Origin: Spirochaetia bacterium
GTDB lineage: Bacteria; Spirochaetota; Spirochaetia; SZUA-6; Bin103
Direction of reading: 5' to 3'
DNA: 64,000 nucleotides
Assembly (NCBI GenBank): GCA_965208575.1
Contig: CBDBOV010000006.1
Span: 461,984-525,983, forward strand
Below are positions 1 to 12,695 of the stretch, one piece after another; positions within the stretch are counted from its first letter, which is position 1; each line of letters starts with the position of its first letter. Under the pieces are notes generated by a model. That model did not search any database and had not been told where the DNA came from. It was given only the letters and a program-made list of their open reading frames with translations. Both the position numbers and the translations under genes were made by a program.

Positions 1-737
1 TTGTCGAGGCGCACCAGCACGTTGCCGTCGTCCTCGAGCTGGCGGCCCTCCACCATGGTGGTGAGGTCGGCGCACAGCTCGGCGATCTTGAGCCCGGTGA
101 TGTACTCCATCAGGTTCTCGGCGTGGGTGCCGATGTCGCCGATGCAGGAACTGGCGCCGGCGCGCGCCGGATCGGTGCGCCAGCTCGCCTGCTTCTGCCC
201 CTCCGACTCGATCAGGGACGCCAGCCAGCCCTGCGGATACTCCACCACCACCTTGCGCACCGCGCCGACGGCGCCGCTGCGCACCAGGTGGCGCGCCTCC
301 TTGACCATCGGGTAGCCGGTGTAGTTGTGGGTCAGGCCGAACTGCAGCCCGGTGCGCTCCACCAGAGCTGCCAGCTCCTTGGCCTGCGCCAGGTCGAACG
401 TCATCGGCTTGTCGCTCATCACGTGGAAGCCCGCCTCCAGGGCCGCCTTGGCGACCGGGAAGTGGACGTTGTTGGGCGTGACGATCGACACGAAGTCCAT
501 GCGTTCGTCCGCCGGCAGCTTCGCCTCCGCCGCCATCATTTCGTGGAAATCGCCGTACACGCGGTCCGCCGGCAGGTAGAGGTCGGCGCCGGACGCGCGC
601 GAGCGCTGCGGATCGCTGCTGAACGCCCCGCACACCAACTCGATGTGGCCGTCGAGCGCCGCCGCCATGCGGTGCACGGCGCCGATGAAGGCGTCGCGGC
701 CGCCGCCGACCATGCCCATTCTTATCTTGCGACTCAT
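1..737 (-). CDS. Gfo/Idh/MocA-family NAD(P)-dependent oxidoreductase, N-terminal ~245 aa (3' end lies beyond the window start)
   Basis: Absent from the ORF track because it runs off the edge. Reverse translation from ATG 737..735 gives [43 protein letters not shown]...[32 protein letters not shown]. This shows a Rossmann N-terminus and family-typical motifs. Confidence 0.8.
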   Translation of the reverse strand, partial: MSRKIRMGMVGGGRDAFIGAVHRMAAALDGHIELVCGAFSSDPQRSRASGADLYLPADRVYGDFHEMMAAEAKLPADERMDFVSIVTPNNVHFPVAKAALEAGFHVMSDKPMTFDLAQAKELAALVERTGLQFGLTHNYTGYPMVKEARHLVRSGAVGAVRKVVVEYPQGWLASLIESEGQKQASWRTDPARAGASSCIGDIGTHAENLMEYITGLKIAELCADLTTMVEGRQLEDDGNVLVRLD

Positions 738-750
738 GGGCCGCATCCTA

Positions 751-1656
751 TCAGAGATGAGCGGCGGCCGGCACCTGCACAGGGGCGCCGGCAGTGCCGG
801 CGGGGCTGTCGGCAGCGGCCGCGTGCGCGGCGGGCGCGCAGCACGACTCCGCGGCCGGCGCGCACGTGCACGCGCCGAACAGGTCGTCGCGGCGGTTGGC
901 GAGCAGCGCCAGCCGCTGATGCTGGTGGGCGATCGCCGCCGGATCGAGATCGGCCCAGATCACGCAGTCGCTGTCCGGCTCGGCGCGCGCCAACACGTCG
1001 CCGTGCGGCCCCACGATCATGCTGTTGCCGCGGCAGCGTAGCCCGTCGGCGAAGCTGACGATGTCGGCGCCGGCGGCGAACATGCTGTTGTCCATGGCGC
1101 GCGCGCGCAGCGCCAGCTCCCACTCCGCCGGCGGGCCGAGCCAGGCGGTCGGCACCAGCGCCAATTCGGCGCCGCACGCCGCGGCGCAGCGCGCCTGCTC
1201 CGGAAAGCGCGTATCGAAACAGATCCAGCCGGTGGCGGCCACGCCGCCCAGGTCGAACACCGGCACCTCGCCCCCCGCCGACGCCCACGAGGTCTCGGCT
1301 CCGAACAGGTGCAGCTTGCGGTACACGGCCGCCACCGCGCCGTCGCCGTCCACCACCACCAGGCTGTCGTACAGCCGCCCGTCGTCCGCCGCCTCCGCCA
1401 TGCCGAACACCACCGCGATGCCGGACGAGGCGGCCGCCTCCCGCATGCGGCGCACGGACGGGCCGGTGACCGGCTCCGCCTGCGCAGGGATCCGCTCGGC
1501 GACGAGGTAGCCGCTGACGACCAGCTCCGGGAGCACGATCGCCGCGCAGCCGGCGGCCGCGGCCTCGCCGACCTGGGCGCTCATCCGATCCAGGTTGTAA
1601 TCCTTGTCGGCGGCGCGCGCCTCGAACTGCCCGCATGCCACCCGCGTCGCTTCCAT
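751..1656 (-). CDS. Carbon-nitrogen hydrolase (nitrilase superfamily)
   Basis: ORF 751..1656. Glu/Lys/Cys triad contexts are visible: VLPELVVSGY, VYRKLHLF, TGWICFDTRFPE. Ala/Pro-rich C-terminal tail. Confidence 0.85.
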   Translation of the reverse strand: MEATRVACGQFEARAADKDYNLDRMSAQVGEAAAAGCAAIVLPELVVSGYLVAERIPAQAEPVTGPSVRRMREAAASSGIAVVFGMAEAADDGRLYDSLVVVDGDGAVAAVYRKLHLFGAETSWASAGGEVPVFDLGGVAATGWICFDTRFPEQARCAAACGAELALVPTAWLGPPAEWELALRARAMDNSMFAAGADIVSFADGLRCRGNSMIVGPHGDVLARAEPDSDCVIWADLDPAAIAHQHQRLALLANRRDDLFGACTCAPAAESCCAPAAHAAAADSPAGTAGAPVQVPAAAHL

Positions 1657-1835
1657 CTTTCCTCCTGCTGCCCTTCGGCGTCGGATTGCAGTCTACACCG
1701 CGACAGCCATCGTGGCACCGAGCGGAGCCACCGACCACCACCGACCTCCCGCAGCAACTGCCTGCGCCCTTGCCGCGCGGAGCCGCGCGGACGGAGCCCC
1801 GTGACAACTGAACCGTGCGGGAGTAGAATCGGCGG

Positions 1836-2780
1836 ATGACCGAGTTGCTCACAACGCGCCCGCTGCCGGGAGCGCCATTCGGAGTCGAGATCACCGGCGC
1901 CGATCCGGGCAGCCTGACGGCGCCGCAGCGGGAGCAGATACGGGATGCCCATCGCGCGGGTCAGGGGCTGCTCTGCTTCTCGTTCGAACGGCTGCTCGAA
2001 GCGGACGAACTGCATGCCCTCACCGCCGTGTTCGGCGACAACGAGTTCGCCCCCGGCAGGATCGTCGGGATCGGCAAGGGTACGGCGGCGGGACAGGAAC
2101 AGCGCAGCGTGGAACAGCAGGCGGCAGCGCTGCGCGCCCGCGGCGTCGATCCCTACATGGCGTACATCGGCAACCTCGATCCCGCCAGCCTGGAGGAGAA
2201 AGCGGTCGACGGCAAGTTCTACGGCGAGTGGGAGTGGCACACCGACATGTCGTACATCGAAGTGCCGCCCACGTTCAGCCTGTTGCACGCCCGCGTGGTG
2301 CCGGACGAGGGCGGGGATACCGGCTTCTGCAGCCAGACGATGGCGGCCCGGGAACTGCCGCCGGCGCTCCGCGAGCGGGTAATCGGACGCGAGATCAAGC
2401 ACGATTCCACCTACGGCAGCTCCGGGGTGCTGCGGCCCGGCATGACGGTGCCGGCATCCCCCATCGAAGCGATCGGCCACCCCCACCCGGTGATCCGCGT
2501 GGTGCCGGAGACCGGACAGGAAGCGCTGTTTCTCGGCCGTCGCACCAACGCGTACGTGGTCGGCCTGGAGTTCGACGACAGCGAGCAACTGCTGAACGAG
2601 CTGTGGCGCCACGCCACCCAACCGCACTTCTGCTATCGGCACCGGTGGCGGGTCGGACAGGTGGTGGTGTGGGACAACCGCATGCTGCTGCACATGCGCC
2701 ATCCGATGGCAGACGACGCCACCCGCTTCATGTGGCGCACCCAGACCCGCGGCGAGGCGGTGGTGCCGGTGGTCAACTGA
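1836..2780 (+). CDS. TauD/TfdA-family Fe(II)/2-oxoglutarate dioxygenase
   Basis: ORF 1836..2780. HxD motif in EWEWHTDMSY, distal His in VVVWDNRMLLHMRHP, family-like overall pattern. Confidence 0.85.
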   Translation: MTELLTTRPLPGAPFGVEITGADPGSLTAPQREQIRDAHRAGQGLLCFSFERLLEADELHALTAVFGDNEFAPGRIVGIGKGTAAGQEQRSVEQQAAALRARGVDPYMAYIGNLDPASLEEKAVDGKFYGEWEWHTDMSYIEVPPTFSLLHARVVPDEGGDTGFCSQTMAARELPPALRERVIGREIKHDSTYGSSGVLRPGMTVPASPIEAIGHPHPVIRVVPETGQEALFLGRRTNAYVVGLEFDDSEQLLNELWRHATQPHFCYRHRWRVGQVVVWDNRMLLHMRHPMADDATRFMWRTQTRGEAVVPVVN

Positions 2781-2787
2781 CCCGGAA

Positions 2788-3294
2788 CTATCGCAACCGG
2801 TCGCGCAGCCGGCGAAGCCGCGGCAACGCGCGGCGATCCTTTTCCCGGTCGGCGGCTTCCTTGGAACGCACGATGTCGGGCAGCGAGGCGACGAGGATGG
2901 TCACGCCCTCGCCCACTTCCACGGTCACCGCGTCGCGTCTCAGATCGGGGTAGCCCTGCGTGCCGCTTGGGCGGAACATGAGGTCGAGGTCGCCGGCGAG
3001 CGTGGCGAGGTTCAGGATTGCGTCTTCCGGGAGATTCCTGAAGAACCGGGCGGAGCAGTCGAACGGCAACCCCGCCGGTGCGTCCGCAGCACGGATGCGC
3101 GCTCCGAGCGTGCGCAGGGCCGCGGCCAACCGTTCCAGGTTGTGGGCGGCGCGGTCGGGCACCACGTCGAGATCGACCGTTACCCCGACGTCGCCGTGCA
3201 GGATGGCCGCCATGCCGCCGACCAGCACGAATCGTACGCCGGCGTCGCGCAGCGCCGAGAGCATTCTCGCCGGGTCGAATTCGGCGCCCGTCAT
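2788..3294 (-). CDS. Small nucleotidyltransferase-fold protein, partner of the upstream XRE gene (TA-like pair)
   Basis: Internal ATG 3294 of ORF 2788..3621; the upstream part is Arg/Ala-rich junk. Sequence MTGAEFDPARMLSALRDAGVRFVLVGGMAAILHGDVGVTVDLDVVPD. The ATG overlaps the stop of the XRE gene (ATGA at 3291..3294). Confidence 0.6.
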   Translation of the reverse strand: MTGAEFDPARMLSALRDAGVRFVLVGGMAAILHGDVGVTVDLDVVPDRAAHNLERLAAALRTLGARIRAADAPAGLPFDCSARFFRNLPEDAILNLATLAGDLDLMFRPSGTQGYPDLRRDAVTVEVGEGVTILVASLPDIVRSKEAADREKDRRALPRLRRLRDRLR

Positions 3295-3614
3295 CGGCCC
3301 ATGCGTGCCATGGAGCGGCGCGCGCGCAGCACGAAACGAGCAGCATTGGTGGCGTCGGCCAGCCGCTGAGCGGGCGTGCGCCGCAGTGCGCGCTCGAACA
3401 GCACATCGGTGTCCGGATCGGGCTCGCCAAGGGCGACGCGAATCTCGAAGCCGGCTGCGCGCACCAACTGCTCCGCGAGGTCGGTGGACGGCACGCGCAG
3501 GCCACTCTCGACCCGCCCCACCGTGGACTGGGCCACCCCGGCGCGCCGCGCCAACTCGGCCTGGCTGAGCCCGGCGCGCTTGCGCGCTTCGCGAATCAGT
3601 TGGGTAATCGCCAC
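3291..3614 (-). CDS. XRE/Cro-type helix-turn-helix transcriptional regulator (putative antitoxin)
   Basis: GTG 3614 within ORF 3291..4046. ITQLIREARKRAGLSQAELARRAGVAQSTVGRVESG is a canonical XRE HTH. Start chosen by its position after a promoter-like motif. Confidence 0.75.
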   Translation of the reverse strand: MAITQLIREARKRAGLSQAELARRAGVAQSTVGRVESGLRVPSTDLAEQLVRAAGFEIRVALGEPDPDTDVLFERALRRTPAQRLADATNAARFVLRARRSMARMGR

Positions 3615-3620
3615 GGGCCA

Positions 3621-3649
3621 CTTATAGCCAATTGGCTCGCAATTCGCAA
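3621..3649 (-). promoter_or_regulatory. Putative promoter/operator of the XRE-nucleotidyltransferase operon
   Basis: Minus strand reads TTGCGA-17 nt-TATAAG, then 6 nt, then GTG. The spacer contains the perfect palindrome GCCAATTGGC (3627..3636). Confidence 0.4.
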
Positions 3650-3676
3650 GCAGGCCGGACGGTTCCCGGTGGCCGG

Positions 3677-6393
<2,717 letters not shown>

Positions 6394-6948
6394 AGCATAT
6401 CGCCTACCCCGCGGCGGGAACCAGTCGCCGCGGCACGGCCGGCGCGGACGGGACCTTCGCGAGCGGCCAGACGCGCGCGCATCCAAGGCGCCTTCTTCGC
6501 TGCGGGCCACGCCGAGGCGGCGGGCGTGTTCGAGCAGTCCGGCATCGTGGGCGCCTTCGGCGCGACGCGGCAGGAGACACCGCGGCCGCGGCGACGCCGC
6601 CCCGCGGCGGGCGCTGCGGCGGGCGCTGCGGCGGCCGCGGCCTGGGGCGGGCGGCGGATTCCGGCCTCCCCGCAAGTCGGTGCGAATCGGGCTCGCGCGG
6701 GCTGGCGAAGCGGCGGTCTGTGCCGCCGCAGCGGCGGCCCGCGGGGTCGATTCGGGGGCGAATCGATATCGAATCCACATCGTAAATCACGAAATTAACA
6801 CGCACATTTTACACGGAATCGGGGTACAAACCGGTAAAGAGCGGTCGATGCGGACTTGCGTGTTGCAGCGCCGCGCCGATGCCGCGTGAGAAGAGTGTTT
6901 GGCTCGTCGGTGGGGAGGAGGCGCATGATATTGGAGCAAGGAAACAGC

Positions 6949-6980
6949 TTGACAGCGGGGAATCTCCCCACTAGTATAAT
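6949..6980 (+). promoter_or_regulatory. Near-consensus sigma70-type promoter upstream of the autotransporter
   Basis: TTGACA 6949..6954. TATAAT 6975..6980 gives a 20-nt spacer; overlapping TAGTAT 6972..6977 gives a 17-nt spacer. The spacer holds the palindrome GGGGAATCTCCCC. Confidence 0.45.
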
Positions 6981-6983
6981 TAA

Positions 6984-7043
6984 GCGCCACAGCGCCACAG
7001 CGCCACAGCGCCACAGCGCCACAGCGCCACAGCGCCACAGCGC
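6984..7043. repeat. Octanucleotide tandem repeat (GCGCCACA) x7 plus GCGC
   Basis: Counted directly: seven perfect 8-bp units at 6984..7039, followed by a partial unit. Confidence 0.95.
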
Positions 7044-7442
7044 GCCCGCTCCGCGCGGGTGCTCCGTCGTGACCGCCCCGTCCCTCGCGCCCTCCGCGCG
7101 TTCCGCATCGCGCAGGCCGAGCCCCGGCGGGGCCGGGCGCCGTCCCCACCCGCTTCTTCCCGATTCCGGCCGCTCCACCTCGCCCGCCTGGTGGTGTGCC
7201 TGCTGGCGGCGGTGCTGTTCCTGCTGCCGGGCGCGGAGACCGCCGAGGCGCAGACCACGGTGAAGCTGGTCTCCAACACCGGCCAGACGTCGTTTAGCAG
7301 CGACATCGCCTTCCATGCCACATCCACGGGGTTCACGACCGGCAGCCACACCGCGGGCTATGTGCTGAAGCGCGTGGACCTCGTCGCCAAGACGGGTACC
7401 GGTAGTGAAACTCCCTCCGTGACGATCCGCGAGGGGACCCGC

Positions 7443-8976
7443 GGGTGCATTCTTTCTCTGTGGTAGCGGAATAGGAACCCTCCCAGAGACCAGAGATTCG
7501 GTGATGTGGTAAACATCGACCTGTCTCTGGGAGGGGACCAAAATGAGTGAGACCTTGGTAACGGAGTTGCTCCGGTTTTGCAAGACCCGGTGCGGGATTG
7601 ACCTGAACCCGTGCAGCGGACCACGGGATCTGCTCGCCGCGGAGCTCGGTATGCTGAAGTGCCTGGTGGCTGCGGGACGTGCAGCGATGCAACGCTGGTG
7701 TGAGCAAGTCGGTGATGGGTATGTCGGTGCGCGCGCAACCCGCGGCGAGGTTCGGTACCGCTTTGTCGGGAGACGGCGGAAGACGCTGCATGGGCTGTTC
7801 GGCGTGATCACCTTGGTGCGCGCCTACTACGCGCCGCTCGGTGGCGGTGGCAAGGGGTGGGTGCCGCTGACAGAGCAACTGGGTATCGCGGGCGGGTACA
7901 CGCCTGGGTGCCAGTACTTCATGGCGCGGTGGTGCGCCGAGCAGTCCTACGAGCAGGGTCTGGCGCAATTCCACGAGGTGTTGCGGCCTGACGGGCGGGA
8001 GCTGGTGTCGATGAACAAGGCGTTCGAGATGGTGCGGGCGGTTACTGACGGGTTGGCGGAGCAACGCCAGCGGGAGATTGTCGAGCGTGCCGACGAGCCG
8101 GTGGCGGTGCGCGAAGAGATCACCGGGACGATGGTCGTGGGCATCGACGCGGGGAAGGTGGCGACACGCGCGAACGAGCGGGTAACTGAAGATGGGAAAA
8201 AGAGTTACGATCGCGTGTTTCGGGACTCCAAGGTAGCGACGGTATCAGCGGTGAAGGTGGACCGGGAGGGTGCAGCGCACTGCACCAAGACCTCCTGTGT
8301 CACCGGGATCGAGCATGCTGATGAGTTCTTTCCCCGGATCGAGGTGGAAATGAGCCGGCGCAGCGCTCACCTGGCAGCGCTGGTGCTGGTGATTCTGGGC
8401 GATGGAGCGCATTGGATATGGGACCGGGTCTCCCAGCTGTCCGAACCCGGGCAGAAGGTCTGGCACATCCTCGATTTCTGGCATGCCTGCGACCACTTGG
8501 GGAAGATCGGCAAGGTGTTGTACGGCGAGGGCAGCGAGCAGTTCAAGAGATCCTTCAAGCGCTGGCGCAGCCTGCTGCGCAAGGGCTGCGTCGCCGCCGT
8601 AATCAAGGAACTGCAGGAACTGCACGTCAGTGGCCGCTACAGCGAGAAGCAGTGCTACGACCTCCAGGGCGAGATCAACTACTTCACGGCCAACCAGCAC
8701 CGCATGGACTACCCGCTGTATCGATCGTGCGGTCTGCCGATCGGCAGCGGTGTAGTCGAGGGAGCCTGCAAGAACGTCGTCGCCAAGCGCATGAAGCAGA
8801 GTGGGATGACTTGGTCGCTGGACGGAGCCAAGGAGATGCTTCAGCTCCGCGCTTCGGCGAAGAGCCGTCGCTTCTGGGACGATTTCGAGAGCCTGTTGCC
8901 CTCATCGCCCACCCCAGAATCCAACCAGATCCAGCTTGAGGCTGCCTGACCGCTACCACACTGACGGAATGCACCC
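7443..8976 (+). mobile_element. ISKra4-like insertion sequence (1534 bp) inside the autotransporter gene
   Basis: Imperfect 27-bp terminal inverted repeats: GGGTGCATTCtttctcTGTGGTAGCGG at 7443..7469, and its complement at 8950..8976. Flanked by the 9-bp direct repeat GGGACCCGC (7434..7442 and 8977..8985). Confidence 0.85.
7543..8949 (+). CDS. ISKra4-family DDE transposase
   Basis: 468-aa ORF with VILGDGAHWIWD, HILDFWHACDHL and GLPIGSGVVEGACKNVVAKRMKQSGMTW, patterns I associate with ISKra4-family transposases. Confidence 0.8.
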   Translation: MSETLVTELLRFCKTRCGIDLNPCSGPRDLLAAELGMLKCLVAAGRAAMQRWCEQVGDGYVGARATRGEVRYRFVGRRRKTLHGLFGVITLVRAYYAPLGGGGKGWVPLTEQLGIAGGYTPGCQYFMARWCAEQSYEQGLAQFHEVLRPDGRELVSMNKAFEMVRAVTDGLAEQRQREIVERADEPVAVREEITGTMVVGIDAGKVATRANERVTEDGKKSYDRVFRDSKVATVSAVKVDREGAAHCTKTSCVTGIEHADEFFPRIEVEMSRRSAHLAALVLVILGDGAHWIWDRVSQLSEPGQKVWHILDFWHACDHLGKIGKVLYGEGSEQFKRSFKRWRSLLRKGCVAAVIKELQELHVSGRYSEKQCYDLQGEINYFTANQHRMDYPLYRSCGLPIGSGVVEGACKNVVAKRMKQSGMTWSLDGAKEMLQLRASAKSRRFWDDFESLLPSSPTPESNQIQLEAA

Positions 8977-11900
8977 GGGACCCGCACCGGCACCAGCCTG
9001 GGCACGCTGACGATCCCGACCCTGTCCAGTTCTTTCACGACCGCACAGTTCACCGCGCCCGGCAGCGGCTTCTCTCTGAAGCCCAGCACGACGTATGTCG
9101 TGGTGCTCGCCGGCAGCGCGACCATTATTGACATAACCCAGAGCGACTCCGAGGACAGTGGCGCCGCGGCGGGCTGGAGCATTGCGGACACCGGCCGGAT
9201 TCAGGGCAACACTAGCCCCAACGCGTCCATCAAGATGGCGGTCCACGGCTACGCCAACAGCGCGCCCACGGTAGCGAACGCCATTCCGGACCAGACGGCA
9301 AGGGCGGGCGGGGCGTTCAGCTACGCCTTTCCGGTCAACACCTTCGCCGACGCGGACACCGGCGACACCCTGACCTACACCGCGACCAAGTCCGACGACA
9401 GCGCGTTGCCGTCCTGGCTGACCTTCACCGCCAGCACCCGCGCCTTCTCGGGCACGCCGCAGACGGCCAACGTCGGCACGCTGTCGGTGAAGGTGACCGC
9501 GAGCGACGGCACGGCTTCGGTGAGCGACACCTTCGACATCGTGGTGAAGGCGGCGCCGTCGGTCACAGGGGTCGCCATCTGGTCGACGCCCTCGCTCGAT
9601 AGGGACGACAGCGGCACGCCGGAGACCTACGGGCTGTCCGAGAAGATCCGGGTGCAGGTGACCTTCAGCGAGGCGGTGACGGTGACCGGCGCGCCGCGGC
9701 TGACGATCAAGATGGACCCGAACTACGGCGAGTTCCCGGCGAACTACGAGACCGGCAGCGGCTCGACGAATCTGATCTTCGCCCACACCGTGGTGGACCC
9801 CAACATCTCGTCGGTGGGCATCGCGGTGCTCGAGAACACGCTGGAACTGAACGGCGGCACGATCCGGGCGGGGAGCGCGAACGCGCTGCTGGGGCATTCG
9901 GGGCTGGCCCACGACGCCGGCCACAAGGTGGACCACCGCGTCACGGGGACGCCGCAGTCTCCGCCCGCGCAACCGCGGCCGCCTGCCGCGCCTCGGGACA
10001 CGGCGCCGCCGCAGGTTTCGGCCGCGCCGACGGTGGATGGCGCGACGCTCACGATCGTCTTCGACGAGCGGCTGGCCCGCGGCGCGGTGCCGCCGGCGGC
10101 GTTCGAGGTAGTGGTGGGCGGCGCCGAGGGCGTCACCCCGTCTTCCGTCGAGGTGGACCACCGGGGAACGGGCCGGACGTTGACGCTGACGCTGCCGGCG
10201 GCGGTGGCCCACGGCGAGACGGTCGAGGTGCGCTACACCCGGCCCGCGGCGGGCGGCGAGCGGCTGCGCGACGTCGCGGGCAACGCGGTGGCGAACTTCA
10301 CGCGGACGGTGACCAACGAGACGCCGGCGCCCCCGCCGGGAACGCCGGTGGCCGACGCCGGGGCCGACCTGGCGGTGGGTCCCGGGGCTTCGGTGACGCT
10401 GGACGGCTCGGCGAGCGCGGACCCGGACGGGGACGTGCTGAGCTATGCGTGGACGCAGACCTCGGGGGCGGCGGTGGCGCTGGAGGGCGCGGACACGGCG
10501 CGGGCGACGTTCACGGCGCCGGCGGATACGGGCGCGCTGGCGTTCCGGCTTACGGTGACGGACCCCGGCGGGCTCCCGGCCTACGACGACGTCACGGTGA
10601 CGGTGCGCGACGTGGGGCCGCGCTTCGCGGCGCCGGTGTCGGCGCTGACGCTGTTGCTGGACCGGGAGATGGAGCCGGTGGTGCTGCCGGCGGCCACCGG
10701 CGGCAACGGCGGCCCCATACCTATGCGCTGACCTCGGCGCCGGCGGGCCTGGCGGGGCTTTCCTTCGATGCGGGGACGCGGACGCTCTCGGGCACGCCGG
10801 CGGCGGAGGGGGACTGGACCTTCACCTGGACGGCCCATGACGGGGACTCCAACACCGCGCCTTCCGACGCCGCTCGGGTGACCTTCCGGGTGACGGTGGG
10901 GGCGGTGGCGCCGGAGGCGCAGCGGCGGGCGGTGAAGCGCACCGTGGCGGCGCTGGCGACGCGCACGCTGGCGTCGGCGCTCGACACGATCGGCGCGCGG
11001 CTGAGCGGCGCCCTGCCCGGCGCGAACCTGACGCTGGCCGGCGAGTCGGTGCCGATATTCTCTACGTTCGGGGGGTCCGGGGCGGCCGCGGGGTGGCGCG
11101 CCGGCCCGAGCCTTGGGGCCTGCCCGGTCGACGGGTTCGGCAACGGCTTTGCGCACGCCGGCTTCGGCGCGGCGCGCGGTGGCTGCGCGCCGGCAGGGCC
11201 GAGCCGGACCTTCGGGACGGCGGAGCTTCTGGGCGCGAGCGGGTTCTCGCTGACGCTGGGCGCGGCCCCTTCCGGGTCGGCCGGGCGGGACGCGCGGCGG
11301 CTGGATGCGGAGGATGCCGCGCCGGCTGCCGCCCGGATCCGCGACGCGGGCGAGCCGGTGTGGTCGCTGTGGGGCCGCGGCGACCTGGGCGCGTTCGCGG
11401 GTCGCCCGGAGCCGGGGATGCGCTACGAGGGCGAGACGCGGACCGGCTGGCTCGGGGTGGACGCCCGCTCCGGGCGTTGGGTCGCGGGCCTCGCAGTCTC
11501 GCACGGGACCGGCGAGTCGGACTACGGCTTCGAGGGCGGCGACCATCCGGCGGAGCGGGGCCGGCTTGAGACGACGGTGAGCGCGCTCTGGCCCTACGGG
11601 CGCTGGACCTTCGGGAACGTGCTGGAGCTGCGCGCCATGGCCGGCGCGGGGACCGGCACCTTGCGCCACGCCCCGGGCGGCGGCGCGCCGGCCGAGGAGA
11701 GCGGGTTGACGATGTGGGCGGGCTCGGTCGGCGTCAAGCGGAACCTGCCGCCCGTGGCCAGCATCCACCTGGCGGCGCGGGCCGACGCGAGCTTCGCGCA
11801 TATCGCGTCCGAAGGCGGCGGGGAGACGCTCGACGGGCTGCGCGCCGACAGCTTGCGCGTGCGCGCCGGCGTGGAGGCGTCGCGGCGCCTGGCGCTGGGC

Positions 11901-12695
11901 GGCGAGCGGGCGCTCGTGCCGTTCCTGGAACTGGCGGCGCGGCAGGACGACGGCGACGGCGTGACCGGCACCGGCCTGGAGCTGGCGGGCGGGCTGCGCT
12001 TCGCGGCGCCCGGCGTCGACGTCGAGGTGCGCGGGCGCGTGCTGGCGGCGCACACCCAGGAGGGCGCCGAGGAGCGGGGGTTGAGCATGACCGCGCGGAT
12101 GGGGTCCGCGCACGGGCGCGGGCTGTCGCTGATGCTGAGCCCGCGCTGGGGCGCGGGCACGGGCGGGGCGGAGGCGCTGTGGCGCGACGAGCTGCCGACG
12201 GCGGCCGGGGCGCCGCACGGCGATGCCGGCGCGCTCGACGCGCGCATCGGCTACGGGGTCGGGGTGGCGCCGCACGGGCTGCTGACGCCGTTCGCCGAGA
12301 CCAGGCTCGCCGGCGATGACCGGCGGCTCCGGCTCGGAACCCGGTTCGAGGCGGAGCACATGAATCTCGGCGTCGAACTCGCCGGCGAGCACCGCGAGGG
12401 CGGCGCGGCCGGGCCCGAGCAGGTGCTCACGCTCGACCTGAAGCTGCGGCACTGAGCGCCGGCGCGTGTCCTACTGGGATGCCGCCATCATCGAAGCCGC
12501 GCGGATGCTTTCCTGCGACCCACCGAATCGGCGGCCCGTGCAACCGGAAGGCACCCGCCGGCGGCGCCCTCCACGCCGACCGGCGGGACCGCCAGGGCTC
12601 GGGTTCGCTCGCCCGCCGTGTTTGCGGTAGGGTACAACGTGCGACGGATCGGTCAGAAGTTCGGACAATAGCAAGCGCAAGGAGCCGGCGGACCA

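Larger units (their letters stand above)
7059..12455 (+). pseudogene. Autotransporter adhesin (signal peptide, Ig/cadherin-like and PKD-like repeats, C-terminal beta-barrel), disrupted by an IS insertion and a frameshift
   Basis: GTG 7059 opens LARLVVCLLAAVLFLLPGAETAEAQ. The frame resumes at 8986 after the IS and continues through repeats such as DTLTYTATKSDDSALPSWLTFTASTRAFSGTP. A PKD-like segment reads DGSASADPDGDVLSYAWTQ. The frame switches at 10713..10716. The C-terminus (ORF 10449..12455) shows an autotransporter beta-domain pattern. Confidence 0.8.

Noticed and set aside
734-1894. Long Arg/Gly/Ala-rich ORFs antisense to, or out of frame with, real genes (e.g. 734..1894, 4780..6798, 8953..10212, 10581..12452, 22060..23112, 52720..54468).
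   Set aside because: Low-complexity composition, complete overlap with ORFs that have clear family signatures, and the expected excess of open frames in ~65% GC DNA.
6394-6780. N-terminal extension of the histidine kinase from ATG 6780, and the overlapping ORFs 6387..6785 and 6404..6805.
   Set aside because: Arg/Ala/Pro/Gly low-complexity in all frames, and no domain. More likely a GC-rich untranslated or promoter region, although the true start remains undetermined.
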